Shown: positions 52,874-62,690, counted from the first letter of the stretch. The stretch is 64,000 nt of DNA from an uncultured virus (IMG/VR IMGVR_UViG_3300006467_001879) (IMGVR_UViG_3300006467_001879), one strand, 5' to 3'. Notes: generated from the letters alone by a model not told the origin. A program made the numbers and translations.

Positions 52874-52876
52874 AAG

Positions 52877-54682
52877 CTATAAATTTCTCCAATGCTCCCA
52901 AATAATCACCATGGCAAGCGTATCGAGTTTGCAATAACGTAATAAAGCCTCTTTGTAGGCTTTTTTTATTTCGGGTTGGTGTTTGCTGATACCAAAGAGC
53001 ATATCTTCATAGGCTCGCATGGCTCCGGTTCCTTCGTTTACCTTTTCTGCATTTTCCAACAGGTCGATGGGTGGTAAATGTTTGTAGGGGTTCTCGATTA
53101 TTCCGTCTTCGCCACGGTGCAATAAATTGATGCCTTCGTCAAAATTCGATAGCCAGTTTTCGGTGCGTTTGGAATTATTGGCAGCCAAAACAGCCGGAAG
53201 GGTTACTTTAATACTGGTACGCCCTTTCATTACAGGGTGGAAATAGTGTTTCAATGCCAAATCGTTCATGTCCACAAAGGCTCCTGCACCATTTTTATCA
53301 AACTTCACAACGTATTCCAACCATCGCTTTAATCCCGGAATGGATTGATTGTACTCTTCCATTTGGTAATAGATGTTTCGCAAGGTGGTGTTTTCATGTG
53401 AGCTCCACATCAAAAGTGTACCATCATATCCGACCTTATTCATCAAACTTTCAGCAAAAGCAAAGCTTGGGAATTTAGGATCGGTATTGAGCCATTCATT
53501 ATGAATAGGTTCAGCTCCGGGTTGTTTAATGGTATGGCAACTCCATTGAAAAGCACTCATTTCATACGGTCGCATACCTTTATGAAAAGGCAATGCCGTA
53601 ATACAGGTTTCAAAGTCAATAAAATGCAGCGGATATTTCCACGAGTTGATTTCCTCTTTCAATTCCCTTGCTATCCATTCCGATTGAGCTTTAGTATTGT
53701 TGATCTGTATCAATCTGCGTTCACCCCAAACACCTTCAAACGCTTTTTCAGGCAAGGCATCTACATCTAGTTTCTTTTCTCCAATTAAGGCGTTAGCAAC
53801 GGATTCCTTATTTTCTTTGATATTCCCCAAACGGTACACATCTTTGATATGTAATTCCGGTTCCGGCATTCCTTTCCAACATTCATGGTAGCCGTTTTTA
53901 TCTTCTCCGGCATTGTATTCACAAGAGAAGCAACCAATATTCAAAGGTTCCTGAATTTTCTCTCCCTTCTCTAAGCTCTCTGAATAAACTTTGATGGCGT
54001 TCTTAATGATGGAGCTACGTTTTTTCACTTCATCGTTTACACCCACCTTTACCATTAAATCATCCTTACGAATAAGTTCAGGATCACCAATAAACTCAAT
54101 CTCGTAAAACTTAAACTGATTGTGAGCTTCTACTTCTTTCAATTCAAACAAAGCGTTTAAGCCATCTATTTGAGTGCGCTTCGCTTTATCCGGAACAAAC
54201 AGAAAACAGTCGATATGGGCATCTGGAAATACTTCTTGTAGAAGCTCCTTTTGAAAAGCAATATCCTCTAAATATTCATCCCAACCTTTGTCAAACTTCG
54301 GGTTATCGGAATCAAAGCCTTTGGACTTTACTTCAATAATTTCAAACCGATTGCCTTGCTTAACTAAAATATCAATGGCAGCGACTTTGCCTTCAATCAA
54401 TAAAGCTGGTTCAAAAAGAACTACATTTTCTTTTTGCAGCTCTTCTTTAGTTTGAGCTATGGCACTCTCCAGTCCGAGTTCGTTTTGTATGCGAATACCT
54501 TCCGGAAAATGAAGTGTAGCCAATTTACCAACCGCATAACCACCTTCCGCAAGGTACTCCATGTATTCGTTGCCATCATTGGCAGATGGATAGCCATTTT
54601 TCTTGTAATACAACTTGGTCGGACAGCTACGAGCTACCTTAAAATCGGACTTAGATAATATTTTTGAAAAGTCGGTTTTCAT
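52877..54682 (-). CDS. DUF2779-like nuclease (Cas4-like PD-(D/E)xK plus RNase H-like domain)
   Basis: LSKSDF...CP, IDIL..IIEVKS, CFSCEY..C, FIDFET..FQWSCH, YCKLDTLAM. Confidence 0.75.
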   Translation of the reverse strand: MKTDFSKILSKSDFKVARSCPTKLYYKKNGYPSANDGNEYMEYLAEGGYAVGKLATLHFPEGIRIQNELGLESAIAQTKEELQKENVVLFEPALLIEGKVAAIDILVKQGNRFEIIEVKSKGFDSDNPKFDKGWDEYLEDIAFQKELLQEVFPDAHIDCFLFVPDKAKRTQIDGLNALFELKEVEAHNQFKFYEIEFIGDPELIRKDDLMVKVGVNDEVKKRSSIIKNAIKVYSESLEKGEKIQEPLNIGCFSCEYNAGEDKNGYHECWKGMPEPELHIKDVYRLGNIKENKESVANALIGEKKLDVDALPEKAFEGVWGERRLIQINNTKAQSEWIARELKEEINSWKYPLHFIDFETCITALPFHKGMRPYEMSAFQWSCHTIKQPGAEPIHNEWLNTDPKFPSFAFAESLMNKVGYDGTLLMWSSHENTTLRNIYYQMEEYNQSIPGLKRWLEYVVKFDKNGAGAFVDMNDLALKHYFHPVMKGRTSIKVTLPAVLAANNSKRTENWLSNFDEGINLLHRGEDGIIENPYKHLPPIDLLENAEKVNEGTGAMRAYEDMLFGISKHQPEIKKAYKEALLRYCKLDTLAMVIIWEHWRNL

Positions 54683-56733
54683 TACAATTCAGCTTCCTCC
54701 TTAACAAGCATGAATTCCAATCCTAGTATTTTGTATTTCGTTTCAATAGGAATTGAATTGAAATCTTCATTTATATAATCACACAAAAAGCTCAGTATTT
54801 TTAAACCTCTTTCAACGATGGTCTCCGGTGTCCATTCTGTTTCATTGGCAACTATCATGGCACTCATGGAATCGTATTTATAGCCTCTTTTAGGGTATCC
54901 TTCTCCTTTATTGCTTTGATCTACTTTGAAAGGGAATTTGTCATTTTGAAGTGAAGAGTTGGCACTCTTTGATAACGCCAAAAGATTGCCAAGGCTATTA
55001 GCAAAATTTCTACGTTGTTCAGGTGTGTATTTTGTGAAGTGACTCCAGTCGTTTTGGATTTTATTATAAGCATCTTCAACTTCAATTGGTTCTTTTCCTT
55101 TGTGTTGAGCATAAGTTTCCAAACTCACTGTGGCACTTTGAGGATAAATGTGCTCAATACTATCGTTCTTAACAAAATCAGTCCATTCTATTACACTACT
55201 CTCGCTTGAGTTTTTGTTAATTTTTCTAAGGTGTTTGTCATACTGATACAGTAAATAAAACCTCCCTGACCATTTGTAGAACCCGGTTTTGTGTCCCAAT
55301 TCAAATAGTTCATAACTCTGATTTACAAATAAGTTGAATCGGTAATACCAGGAAGTATATAGTTCCAGTTCTGTTTTGGTTTCGGCACTATCCTTTTTGC
55401 CTTTATATACCTCGTAAGCAAGGCTGTATATTTTACTATCACCTGTATTTCCTCGTTTATCGGAAAGGTCAAATAGTTTGAAGCTGTATTTTTCCAGTGT
55501 TTTAATCGAATCAACAAAATCATTTCTATCATCCCTACTTAAAATAGCAAGTAATATAGGCTTAAAAGATGCTTTCAGACCTACGTGATGCACTCCCTGA
55601 ATAGCTGTTCTAATTACCTTTTCATCCTCATTAAAATACTTGATGTAATGTAGTTTATTCCACCATATTGAACAGACCTGTAAAGATTTAATGTAGGTCT
55701 CAATATCGGTACGTTTTAACTTCCCATTGTAAACATTATCAAGGCTAAAATGCTCATCAAACAAAAAGTTGGCATACACATTGGCTTCATCACGGCTATA
55801 CTTATTGAAGTAAGCTATCCAATGATTTTTGATGAAATCTTCATCATCTAAAGGGTATTGTTTGTTTTGACCTAATGATTTGTAGATCGTAATCCATGCT
55901 TTATTTATTGATTTTTCTAATTCAGTTTTTTGAGCTTCATTTAGATTAAATACTTCCTGGGAATCCTCTGATACATGGTATTTATCATTGAGATAAAGAA
56001 GCCTGTTTTTTAGCTTTTCAAGTTGAGATAATGGTTTTCCTCTGTTATTCATCGTCTCGAATACAACATACTCGTCCAGTTCTTCGGGAAGGATATATTC
56101 GTTTAGCCTCAATTGGTTGGTAACCTTATTAAAGAGTTGCTCAATAGTATTTCCTTCTTCTCGGAGGTATAGGTCAACCATTGCCTCAAAGAAATTCTTC
56201 GCCTTTAAAAGGTTTTCGGTATATGTACTTTCTTCGCTATCATCTTCTATTTCATTCAATGATAAGATGTGCTTCCTGAAAAACTTATCACTTGGATTGT
56301 CTTCGTCATATCCGAAAATATAGGCGTTAACACCTTTATTGATAAAGAGATATTGCATTTCCGCATCCCCTTCACGAATACCTAAAATCACATTTTGCTT
56401 TTGAGCCTCTCTAATAATCACACTCAGTAAAATCAATACAGAAGTGATTCGCTGCTGCCCATCTACAATAGAATACTGCTTGAAATTGTGCAACCAGTTA
56501 TAATCACAAGGTTTTACTTCAACTAATGTTAGCAATCCTGTATAGTGCCATTTGCCTTCAGGAATATTAATCAAGTCATCCCATAGATCCTTTAATTGAC
56601 CTTTCACATTCTTTAGAGGCTCTTTATTGTCAACCTTAATAGATTTATTGTTGGTCCAAGCATAACCACGCTGATAAGCTGGTATCCTTAATATTCTATT
56701 GGTGAAAATTTCGTGTATTGATTTTAAATCCAT
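54682..56733 (-). CDS. GmrSD-like DUF262 plus DUF1524 (HNH) protein
   Basis: IPAYQRGYAW, DGQQRITS, FETMNNRGKPL, SIEHIYPQ...LGNLLAL...N. Confidence 0.88.
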   Translation of the reverse strand: MDLKSIHEIFTNRILRIPAYQRGYAWTNNKSIKVDNKEPLKNVKGQLKDLWDDLINIPEGKWHYTGLLTLVEVKPCDYNWLHNFKQYSIVDGQQRITSVLILLSVIIREAQKQNVILGIREGDAEMQYLFINKGVNAYIFGYDEDNPSDKFFRKHILSLNEIEDDSEESTYTENLLKAKNFFEAMVDLYLREEGNTIEQLFNKVTNQLRLNEYILPEELDEYVVFETMNNRGKPLSQLEKLKNRLLYLNDKYHVSEDSQEVFNLNEAQKTELEKSINKAWITIYKSLGQNKQYPLDDEDFIKNHWIAYFNKYSRDEANVYANFLFDEHFSLDNVYNGKLKRTDIETYIKSLQVCSIWWNKLHYIKYFNEDEKVIRTAIQGVHHVGLKASFKPILLAILSRDDRNDFVDSIKTLEKYSFKLFDLSDKRGNTGDSKIYSLAYEVYKGKKDSAETKTELELYTSWYYRFNLFVNQSYELFELGHKTGFYKWSGRFYLLYQYDKHLRKINKNSSESSVIEWTDFVKNDSIEHIYPQSATVSLETYAQHKGKEPIEVEDAYNKIQNDWSHFTKYTPEQRRNFANSLGNLLALSKSANSSLQNDKFPFKVDQSNKGEGYPKRGYKYDSMSAMIVANETEWTPETIVERGLKILSFLCDYINEDFNSIPIETKYKILGLEFMLVKEEAEL

Positions 56734-56745
56734 ATTCTAATATTC

Positions 56746-57801
56746 TTAATTCAACGCCTTATACCAATAGAAAAATGCTGCTTTGTCTCTCGATTTTTTG
56801 AGCTTGTTCAGGAAGTTTAGCTCACCGGAAATTTCCAGATTACTGATGTCCTGACCGTTAAATTTCTCTATCGCTGAATGGTCTTTGTTCTTTAATTGTT
56901 TGGCGAGGTAAGCTGCTTTACCTGCTGCAAGTATGGCATCTTCAATTTTGAAGTTTTCAGCGATCAAAAAGCCTTCAAACCTGCGTATTCCGGTAGTGAG
57001 TTCGGTAAACCTAGTTTTGTCTGGCTCCACGGTATTTTTGGTTCGTTTGGCTATGAGTAAAGAAGTGGTGAAAATATCATCCAGTATCTCTGTTAAGCCA
57101 ATTTCCAGTTCACGATAGTTGATTTCCTTAGCACCAATTTTCTCAAAACTCAACGCAATTTCTTCTACGTTTTCTACTTCGTCAAAGAGGCATCCAATAT
57201 CAAAGAGTTGCTTAATAATTTCCTGTTCTTTGTCCTTGCCGTAAAGGATTCCAACGGTGTTTGGTGCAAATGCCGTGAGTTTGTCTCCTAAAATAGATTC
57301 AATAGAGGGAACAGCTACTTCCAATACTTCTTCGGATTCAATCCACTCCGATTGGATAGGAGCTGATAATAATCTTGGGTAATCGGTTTGCTCAAATAGA
57401 ATATCCAATAACACAAAATGAGCACTTTGATTCAGGCTCGATTCATAATCAAATTCGTAATGAGCTTTGGGTACACCTTCTTTGTAGCTTCTTCTATCTT
57501 GTAGATCCCATTTATTGAAATGTGAGTTAGCCACCACTTTGTCCAGGATTGCTTCAACTTCCTCTCTGCTTTGAGTGGTAATAATATCAATATCTACCGA
57601 AAACCGTCTCGATTTGGAAAGCAACAATACCAAACTCGTACCGCCTTTAAAAGTAAACTCCAGACCATGAGCTTTGAGCTGCTGCAACAAGGAAAGAGCG
57701 TGTATCATTTTCTCCAATATTGGAGGATTGATACGCTTCAAATGCTTTTGCTGCTTAAAGCCGTTGATCCATTCTTTGGTAAAACAATGTGCTTTTATCA
57801 T
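56746..57801 (-). CDS. abiEii: AbiEii nucleotidyltransferase toxin
   Basis: FKGGTSL...RFSVDIDI, DKLTAF, KQLFDI. Confidence 0.9.
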   Translation of the reverse strand: MIKAHCFTKEWINGFKQQKHLKRINPPILEKMIHALSLLQQLKAHGLEFTFKGGTSLVLLLSKSRRFSVDIDIITTQSREEVEAILDKVVANSHFNKWDLQDRRSYKEGVPKAHYEFDYESSLNQSAHFVLLDILFEQTDYPRLLSAPIQSEWIESEEVLEVAVPSIESILGDKLTAFAPNTVGILYGKDKEQEIIKQLFDIGCLFDEVENVEEIALSFEKIGAKEINYRELEIGLTEILDDIFTTSLLIAKRTKNTVEPDKTRFTELTTGIRRFEGFLIAENFKIEDAILAAGKAAYLAKQLKNKDHSAIEKFNGQDISNLEISGELNFLNKLKKSRDKAAFFYWYKALN

Positions 57802-58568
57802 TCTAAAATATCTTTTAATAAATCGCCAAAATACTCACTCATGTAAGCCTTCAATTGCGGTTCTTTTTTTCGTCTCCTTGCATAGTTCAGCATTCGGCTA
57901 AAATTAACATGATACCTTTTTAAGGCATTTTCAAACAGTGTTTCCATTTCACTTCCTTGAACCGTGTAAAAGGTTATTGGATCGCAGAATATATCCACCA
58001 ACATTTTTTCTAAAGTCGGAACCTGAATTTTATCCTTTGCCTTTGGTTTTATGGAAACCTTTTGTTTAGGCGAACGGCTAATAAGCGGTTTTATAACGAT
58101 GGAAATTTCACTTTCCACATACCTTTCCATGATGTCCTCATTAGGATCGAGATACACTCGGTATTGTTTGGATTCGGAATAGGCGTTGAATACTTCTTCC
58201 ACAAAATCCCTTTCTACCTCTAATAAATAGAAGAAAGTCCCCATTTGATGTCTTGTAAAGTCATTAAACCATTCAGTACTCCATAAGCAGTAATCTAGGT
58301 TGTCAAACTCCTTAGCGACAATTTTTGAGAGCTTTACAAGTTTATCAGAAATGGCAGGAACATACTTCTTACTGTTTGAAATACTGTAAACCCCTCGTTT
58401 TACGGATTTAATGATATTCTTATTTAGTAAGTCATGGATACGCCATGATAAAGCCGTTTCGGTCATTTCCGGATCGAATTGCTTTAAAAAGGCGAATAGC
58501 TCATCCCGATCGAATTGAGTTACGTCCTTAAAAGTCTCTATTAGCTGTTTCTCTATGAACTTTGTCAT
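57798..58568 (-). CDS. abiEi: AbiEi-type antitoxin/regulator
   Basis: N-terminal wHTH (IIKSVKRGVY), C-terminal PTLEKMLVD; 4-bp overlap with abiEii. Confidence 0.82.
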   Translation of the reverse strand: MTKFIEKQLIETFKDVTQFDRDELFAFLKQFDPEMTETALSWRIHDLLNKNIIKSVKRGVYSISNSKKYVPAISDKLVKLSKIVAKEFDNLDYCLWSTEWFNDFTRHQMGTFFYLLEVERDFVEEVFNAYSESKQYRVYLDPNEDIMERYVESEISIVIKPLISRSPKQKVSIKPKAKDKIQVPTLEKMLVDIFCDPITFYTVQGSEMETLFENALKRYHVNFSRMLNYARRRKKEPQLKAYMSEYFGDLLKDILE

Positions 58569-58572
58569 TGTC

Positions 58573-58703
58573 TATAATTAACCACTAAACCTTATTTAGT
58601 GGCGTTATTTAGTAAAATTATAATTAGCCACCGATACAAATATAGTGGTTATTTTTGAAATTACTATAATTAGCCACCAAAATCCGTTTAGTGGCTAATT
58701 ATA
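58573..58703. promoter_or_regulatory. Three palindromic operators with 46-bp period upstream of abiEi
   Basis: TATAATTA(A/G)CCAC-N-TAGTGG units start at 58573, 58619 and 58665; a minus-strand TATATTTG promoter box lies inside unit 2. Confidence 0.8.
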
Positions 58704-58967
58704 GGTTATTGTCTTTTCCTTTGAATTTATCCCCTACATAAATTCCAATACCCATTTAATTTATACCTAGGATAAATTAAATCACTTCCTTTTTTGTACC
58801 GAAATATTCCAAGTTTTTGCCTTAAAGTTTGTCGATAAACAAACACTCACCAAAGGACAATTTTTGCCCTTTTTATCGGCTTGTTTTCCCCTGACCTTAG
58901 CATCTCAATTGGTTTAAAAACCGCACAGTTCAATTCGGAAGATTTAAAAATTTAAAACGATAAAAAA

Positions 58968-59123
58968 ATGAAAAATACTGATTGGAAATCAATTGGCATT
59001 ATGGCAGGAGTTTCACTAGGAGTTTTTGTGATTGGTACAATCCTAACCAAAAAAGTGATTGACCCTGCTATGGAGAAAGCAAAAGCTAAAAAGTTAGCAG
59101 AAAGCAGCGAAACAAAGAAGTAG
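58968..59123 (+). CDS. 51-aa single-TM protein (not in the ORF track)
   Basis: MKNTDWKSIGIMAGVSLGVFVIGTILTKKVIDPAMEKAKAKKLAESSETKK*, after an A-rich leader. Confidence 0.7.
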   Translation: MKNTDWKSIGIMAGVSLGVFVIGTILTKKVIDPAMEKAKAKKLAESSETKK

Positions 59124-59177
59124 TTCCATGGTGGGGCTACCTGAATTTAGTTACAAACACTTAAAAAAGCATTCAAA

Positions 59178-60065
59178 ATGAATCCATATAACGATGAGTT
59201 GATGGCATACGAAGATGATGCCGAAGACAGATACGATGACTACGATGGGTATGAAGAAGATGACTTCGATACCGGTTTTGAAGGTCATGAAGACAGTTAT
59301 TACGATGAGGATGAATACTACGATGAAGAAGTAGAATACATTCCTGCCGATGATGACGACATGTACGATAGTTACAAAACAAATTCTATCGGACGTATTG
59401 ACCCTAACGACCGAACCCTGACCGTAGTAGTGAAAAATACTTCCGGAGCTGATGCAGAAGCCATTCTGTTTGGAGCAAACGAAGAAGCAGCACAACCTGC
59501 CGGTGTAACGGTAAGCGTTGAAGAGAGTTCACACAAAGAAGTAAGGGAGGAATCAAAAGCCAACCCATTCAAGATTGTGGGAATGAAAATGTCGGTTTCC
59601 AATCCATTGCAATTTGACAATGTATTGAAGATCAATAAAAGGACAGCGACAGGAAGCAATTCGGTAAGAGTTTACCAACCAAGAAATGCAACTTCTCCAC
59701 AAAACTTCACTCAAGGTTTGATTGATGACAACAACTTTGAAGTGGACGTTACCGGACAAGACAGCATTAGATTATTGCTTAAAGATGGTGTAACGGTGGT
59801 ATTCACCTTCACAATCAAGGCAAGAGCCAACATGGGTAACTTATTGGACGGTAAAAATGTTGCCGAGCTTTCAACTGCTCCTAGAACAACTGGTCTTCCA
59901 CAATTAGACTTAATCAGAAGTAAAAAGCCGACAGCCTTTGGTTTGAAGCCTAAGAAACTGGTAAAGAAGATTGTCAGAAAGAGACCTAGTCCTGTTAAAC
60001 GCAGACGTGGTATTTCAATGAGAAGACGACCTGGAGGAAGAGGATTCTTACGCAGAAGAAGATAA
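59178..60065 (+). CDS. Candidate major capsid protein (beta-rich core, acidic N-arm, Arg-rich C-arm)
   Basis: D/E/Y-rich first ~65 aa; alternating-hydrophobic strands (TLTVVVKN, FKIVGMKMSV, VTVVFTFTI); RRRGISMRRRPGGRGFLRRRR tail; followed by a terminator. The fold is inferred. Confidence 0.5.
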   Translation: MNPYNDELMAYEDDAEDRYDDYDGYEEDDFDTGFEGHEDSYYDEDEYYDEEVEYIPADDDDMYDSYKTNSIGRIDPNDRTLTVVVKNTSGADAEAILFGANEEAAQPAGVTVSVEESSHKEVREESKANPFKIVGMKMSVSNPLQFDNVLKINKRTATGSNSVRVYQPRNATSPQNFTQGLIDDNNFEVDVTGQDSIRLLLKDGVTVVFTFTIKARANMGNLLDGKNVAELSTAPRTTGLPQLDLIRSKKPTAFGLKPKKLVKKIVRKRPSPVKRRRGISMRRRPGGRGFLRRRR

Positions 60066-60107
60066 GAACCTATGCAAGCTGTAAAAGGCTCATAACAGGG
60101 ACAATTT

Positions 60108-60148
60108 AAAGCAGCCAAAGTCAGCGTGATAGCTCTTTGGCTGTTTTT
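60108..60148 (+). terminator. Intrinsic terminator after the capsid candidate
   Basis: AAAGCAGCCAAAG...CTTTGGCTGTTTTT. Confidence 0.7.
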
Positions 60149-60171
60149 GTAAAAACTCAAATTGAAATACG

Positions 60172-60804
60172 ATGCAAAAAAGTTTAACAAGGTCGAAATA
60201 CGCACAAAATCGCATTGCCTACATCGTGTATGGCAATCCGGATGGGGCACGCAAGTTTTTGTTTGACCAAGGGTATCATGCTCCAAAGAACATTCACGAT
60301 TTAGTGAAGGCAACTAAGGAACTGGTGAAAACGGAAGGCAAAAGCATTGTTCCGCACTTGTTAACTATTCATCCGGAAAAAGATTTGATTTTGAAACTAA
60401 ACCAACCAAAGGAAGATAGCTTTTGCGGTTCATGTGGCAGCAGCTCTTTTAATCCTGAATCCAACTTTTGCGGGGCTTGTGGCAACAGCAATTTTGGTGG
60501 TGATTCCAACTTGGATGTAGGCGACTACATTGATCAAATGGTGGATATGACCACTTCCCAATTGGAAAAACATTATCAGGAAGTATTGGCAGCCTCCAAT
60601 AAAAAGCCGGAAGACTTATCCCTTATGGAAGAAGTTCAACTGGTTTGGAATGAATTAAGACAGCGAAAACTAACTGCTGAATCCCCAAAAAAGGAAGAAC
60701 CCAAAGACAAAGACCGCTTTTCTGTTTCAAAAGACGGATTAGTGATTTTGGGGTTAACACTGGTAGCCGGTGTACTCATCGGATCCTCCATAAAAAGCAA
60801 CTAA
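60172..60804 (+). CDS. C-terminally anchored membrane protein with double CxxC
   Basis: FCGSCG...FCGACG; C-terminal TM. Confidence 0.7.
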   Translation: MQKSLTRSKYAQNRIAYIVYGNPDGARKFLFDQGYHAPKNIHDLVKATKELVKTEGKSIVPHLLTIHPEKDLILKLNQPKEDSFCGSCGSSSFNPESNFCGACGNSNFGGDSNLDVGDYIDQMVDMTTSQLEKHYQEVLAASNKKPEDLSLMEEVQLVWNELRQRKLTAESPKKEEPKDKDRFSVSKDGLVILGLTLVAGVLIGSSIKSN

Positions 60805-60805
60805 G

Positions 60806-61375
60806 ATGATTAGAATAGTCAAAGAGGAAAATACACAGGTACTCAATCAGCAATCCAAGGCTGCTCTATCCTTAATTGGTGTAGCCGTAGCTAAAAATCC
60901 AAAGCCCTATAAAATGCTTTTGGATAGATATGGCATTCAGGTTCCAACAAGCGATAAAATATCTCTAGCTAATGGATTGGTTGAAGGTTTAGCCCTTCAA
61001 AACAAAACATTCAATCGGGAGCTAACCGAGCTACTCAGTAATATGGTAGAATCGGAAACCGCCTATAATCCTGATGAAGATGAATACCATTATGTACAAG
61101 CCATAGCCGGAGCAATTGCCGGAATATCCGGAGCTGTGGGAAGTATCGTTGGTGGCAAGAACAAGCAGAAAATGGCAAAGGAAGAAGCTCGCAGAGAAAT
61201 GCTGAATAACATGCTTGCCATGAAAGCCCAGGAACAACAAGCTGCTGCCGAAGAACGCAAGTTGGCAGGCAAGAAAAGCCTATACCTCATAATCGGAGTG
61301 TTGGGCTTACTAGGGATCATCGGCTTCTTCTACTTCCGGCAAAGAAAAAATTTAATCAATACAAATCCTTCATAA
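60806..61375 (+). CDS. Membrane protein with Gly/Ala hydrophobic helix and C-terminal TM
   Basis: AIAGAIAGISGAVGSIVGG, coiled coil, TM plus RQRK. Confidence 0.7.
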   Translation: MIRIVKEENTQVLNQQSKAALSLIGVAVAKNPKPYKMLLDRYGIQVPTSDKISLANGLVEGLALQNKTFNRELTELLSNMVESETAYNPDEDEYHYVQAIAGAIAGISGAVGSIVGGKNKQKMAKEEARREMLNNMLAMKAQEQQAAAEERKLAGKKSLYLIIGVLGLLGIIGFFYFRQRKNLINTNPS

Positions 61376-61385
61376 ACGATAGATC

Positions 61386-61805
61386 ATGGAAATAAGCAAT
61401 TATAACTACGGAATAAGTGGTCAGCCTACAAACGAGTGGGACAACTTTTTATGCTTTGGTAGAAAATGTAAGCAAGGAAAAGCCGAAAGGCATAAGCTTA
61501 GAATGGAAAAGCGAAAGCTAAAAAATGACCAAAGGCGTGCTGAGACAGAATCTATGAGAGCAGAAACAAGCTTAACGAAGCAATTGGCTTCGCCAACATC
61601 TACTCCAACTCCGCAGATGGCTCCACAAATGATGATGCAACAAGCACCACAACCAACATCAACGGCACAAGCTCCAGCTCCACAAGTGCAAAAAGCAGGT
61701 ATGGGAAGTCCGGTAATGATTGTCATCGGTTTGCTTGTAGTTGGAGGTTTAGTGTATCAATCCATGAAGAAAAAAGAGGCTGCTGCTCCAGTACAAACTG
61801 CTTAA
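61386..61805 (+). CDS. C-terminally anchored membrane protein
   Basis: Basic segment, P/Q/T linker, TM plus KKK. Confidence 0.7.
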   Translation: MEISNYNYGISGQPTNEWDNFLCFGRKCKQGKAERHKLRMEKRKLKNDQRRAETESMRAETSLTKQLASPTSTPTPQMAPQMMMQQAPQPTSTAQAPAPQVQKAGMGSPVMIVIGLLVVGGLVYQSMKKKEAAAPVQTA

Positions 61806-61815
61806 AATTTAAGTT

Positions 61816-62364
61816 ATGATAGCTGCAAACCCGATATATGAATTACAGTTTTATGGAGGTCTTTTAGAAGAGGAAGACAACTTTGTTGATGGCTTAGGAA
61901 ATGAATTTGAGTACGATGAATTCATTGGTAAGTGGATCAAAAAAAGAAAGGAAAAGCGAAGCCAAAATCCTAAAGTCATTGCTCGAAGAGAAAAAAGGGA
62001 TGAAAAACGAATTGCCAAAGGCAGAAAGCCTAGGTTTAGTCGTCCTGCTCCGGTGCGAACTTCCAAACCGGTAGTAAAGCAAGTTGCTCCCGATTTACCT
62101 CCAAAGAAGGAACCAATATTGAGTGAACCACAAGTGAAAAAAGCTATGGTGGAGAGCTCTTCTAAATCAGAAGAACCAAGCACTAAACCGATGGAACAAA
62201 CCGAAACAATTGCTTCGGAAAGCACTACGAATTTAACAGCCGAAAACACAGAAAACCAACCACAACAAGCCTCTATGCTGCCTTTTGGCATGAGCAAGAA
62301 GACCTTGGTTTTTGTGGGTGTTGGTGTGGCTGCATTGGTAGTAATTGGAATAATCAGAAAATAA
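61816..62364 (+). CDS. C-terminally anchored membrane protein
   Basis: Acidic N-terminus, K/R-rich segment, linker, TM plus RK. Confidence 0.7.
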   Translation: MIAANPIYELQFYGGLLEEEDNFVDGLGNEFEYDEFIGKWIKKRKEKRSQNPKVIARREKRDEKRIAKGRKPRFSRPAPVRTSKPVVKQVAPDLPPKKEPILSEPQVKKAMVESSSKSEEPSTKPMEQTETIASESTTNLTAENTENQPQQASMLPFGMSKKTLVFVGVGVAALVVIGIIRK

Positions 62365-62373
62365 TGAATAAGC

Positions 62374-62601
62374 ATGGACATACTCGCTCAAATAACGGAA
62401 GAAGAAGCAACAACCAACGGAAACTTACCCCAAGGTTTTCTCTTCGCCTCCATCAAGAACGTGGGAACAAGCACAGCTCTTGTGAACAATGTGCCTTTGC
62501 CTCCGGGAGAAGCCAAAAGCTACCCCTTTGTAGGAAAAGGTTATCAGGCGGTAAACTATGAGCCACAAGGTTCTACACTTAGAATATTAAGAATCCTATA
62601 A
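62374..62601 (+). CDS. Small beta-rich protein (possible minor capsid/vertex protein)
   Basis: FASIKNVGTSTALVNNVPLPPGEAKSY; soluble, 75 aa. Confidence 0.5.
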   Translation: MDILAQITEEEATTNGNLPQGFLFASIKNVGTSTALVNNVPLPPGEAKSYPFVGKGYQAVNYEPQGSTLRILRIL

Positions 62602-62690
62602 ACAGGCAATGCCTGAGATAATTATTGAGAGACTTTGGCAATTCTAATAAAGTGAGAAGCAAATAGCAACAACATCAAAATAGCGAAACA

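Noticed and set aside
52877..54682. CRISPR-associated Cas4
   Set aside because: The Cas4-like motifs are fused to an RNase H-like domain, and there is no cas1/cas2 or array.
58573..58703. Possible mini-CRISPR array
   Set aside because: Only three degenerate palindromic units with very short variable parts, overlapping a promoter, and no cas genes; better explained as AbiEi operators.
59151..62381. Minus-strand ORFs (e.g. 59711-60313, 61851-62381) and similar short antisense ORFs throughout the window
   Set aside because: Shadows of longer, motif-bearing or operonic genes on the opposite strand.
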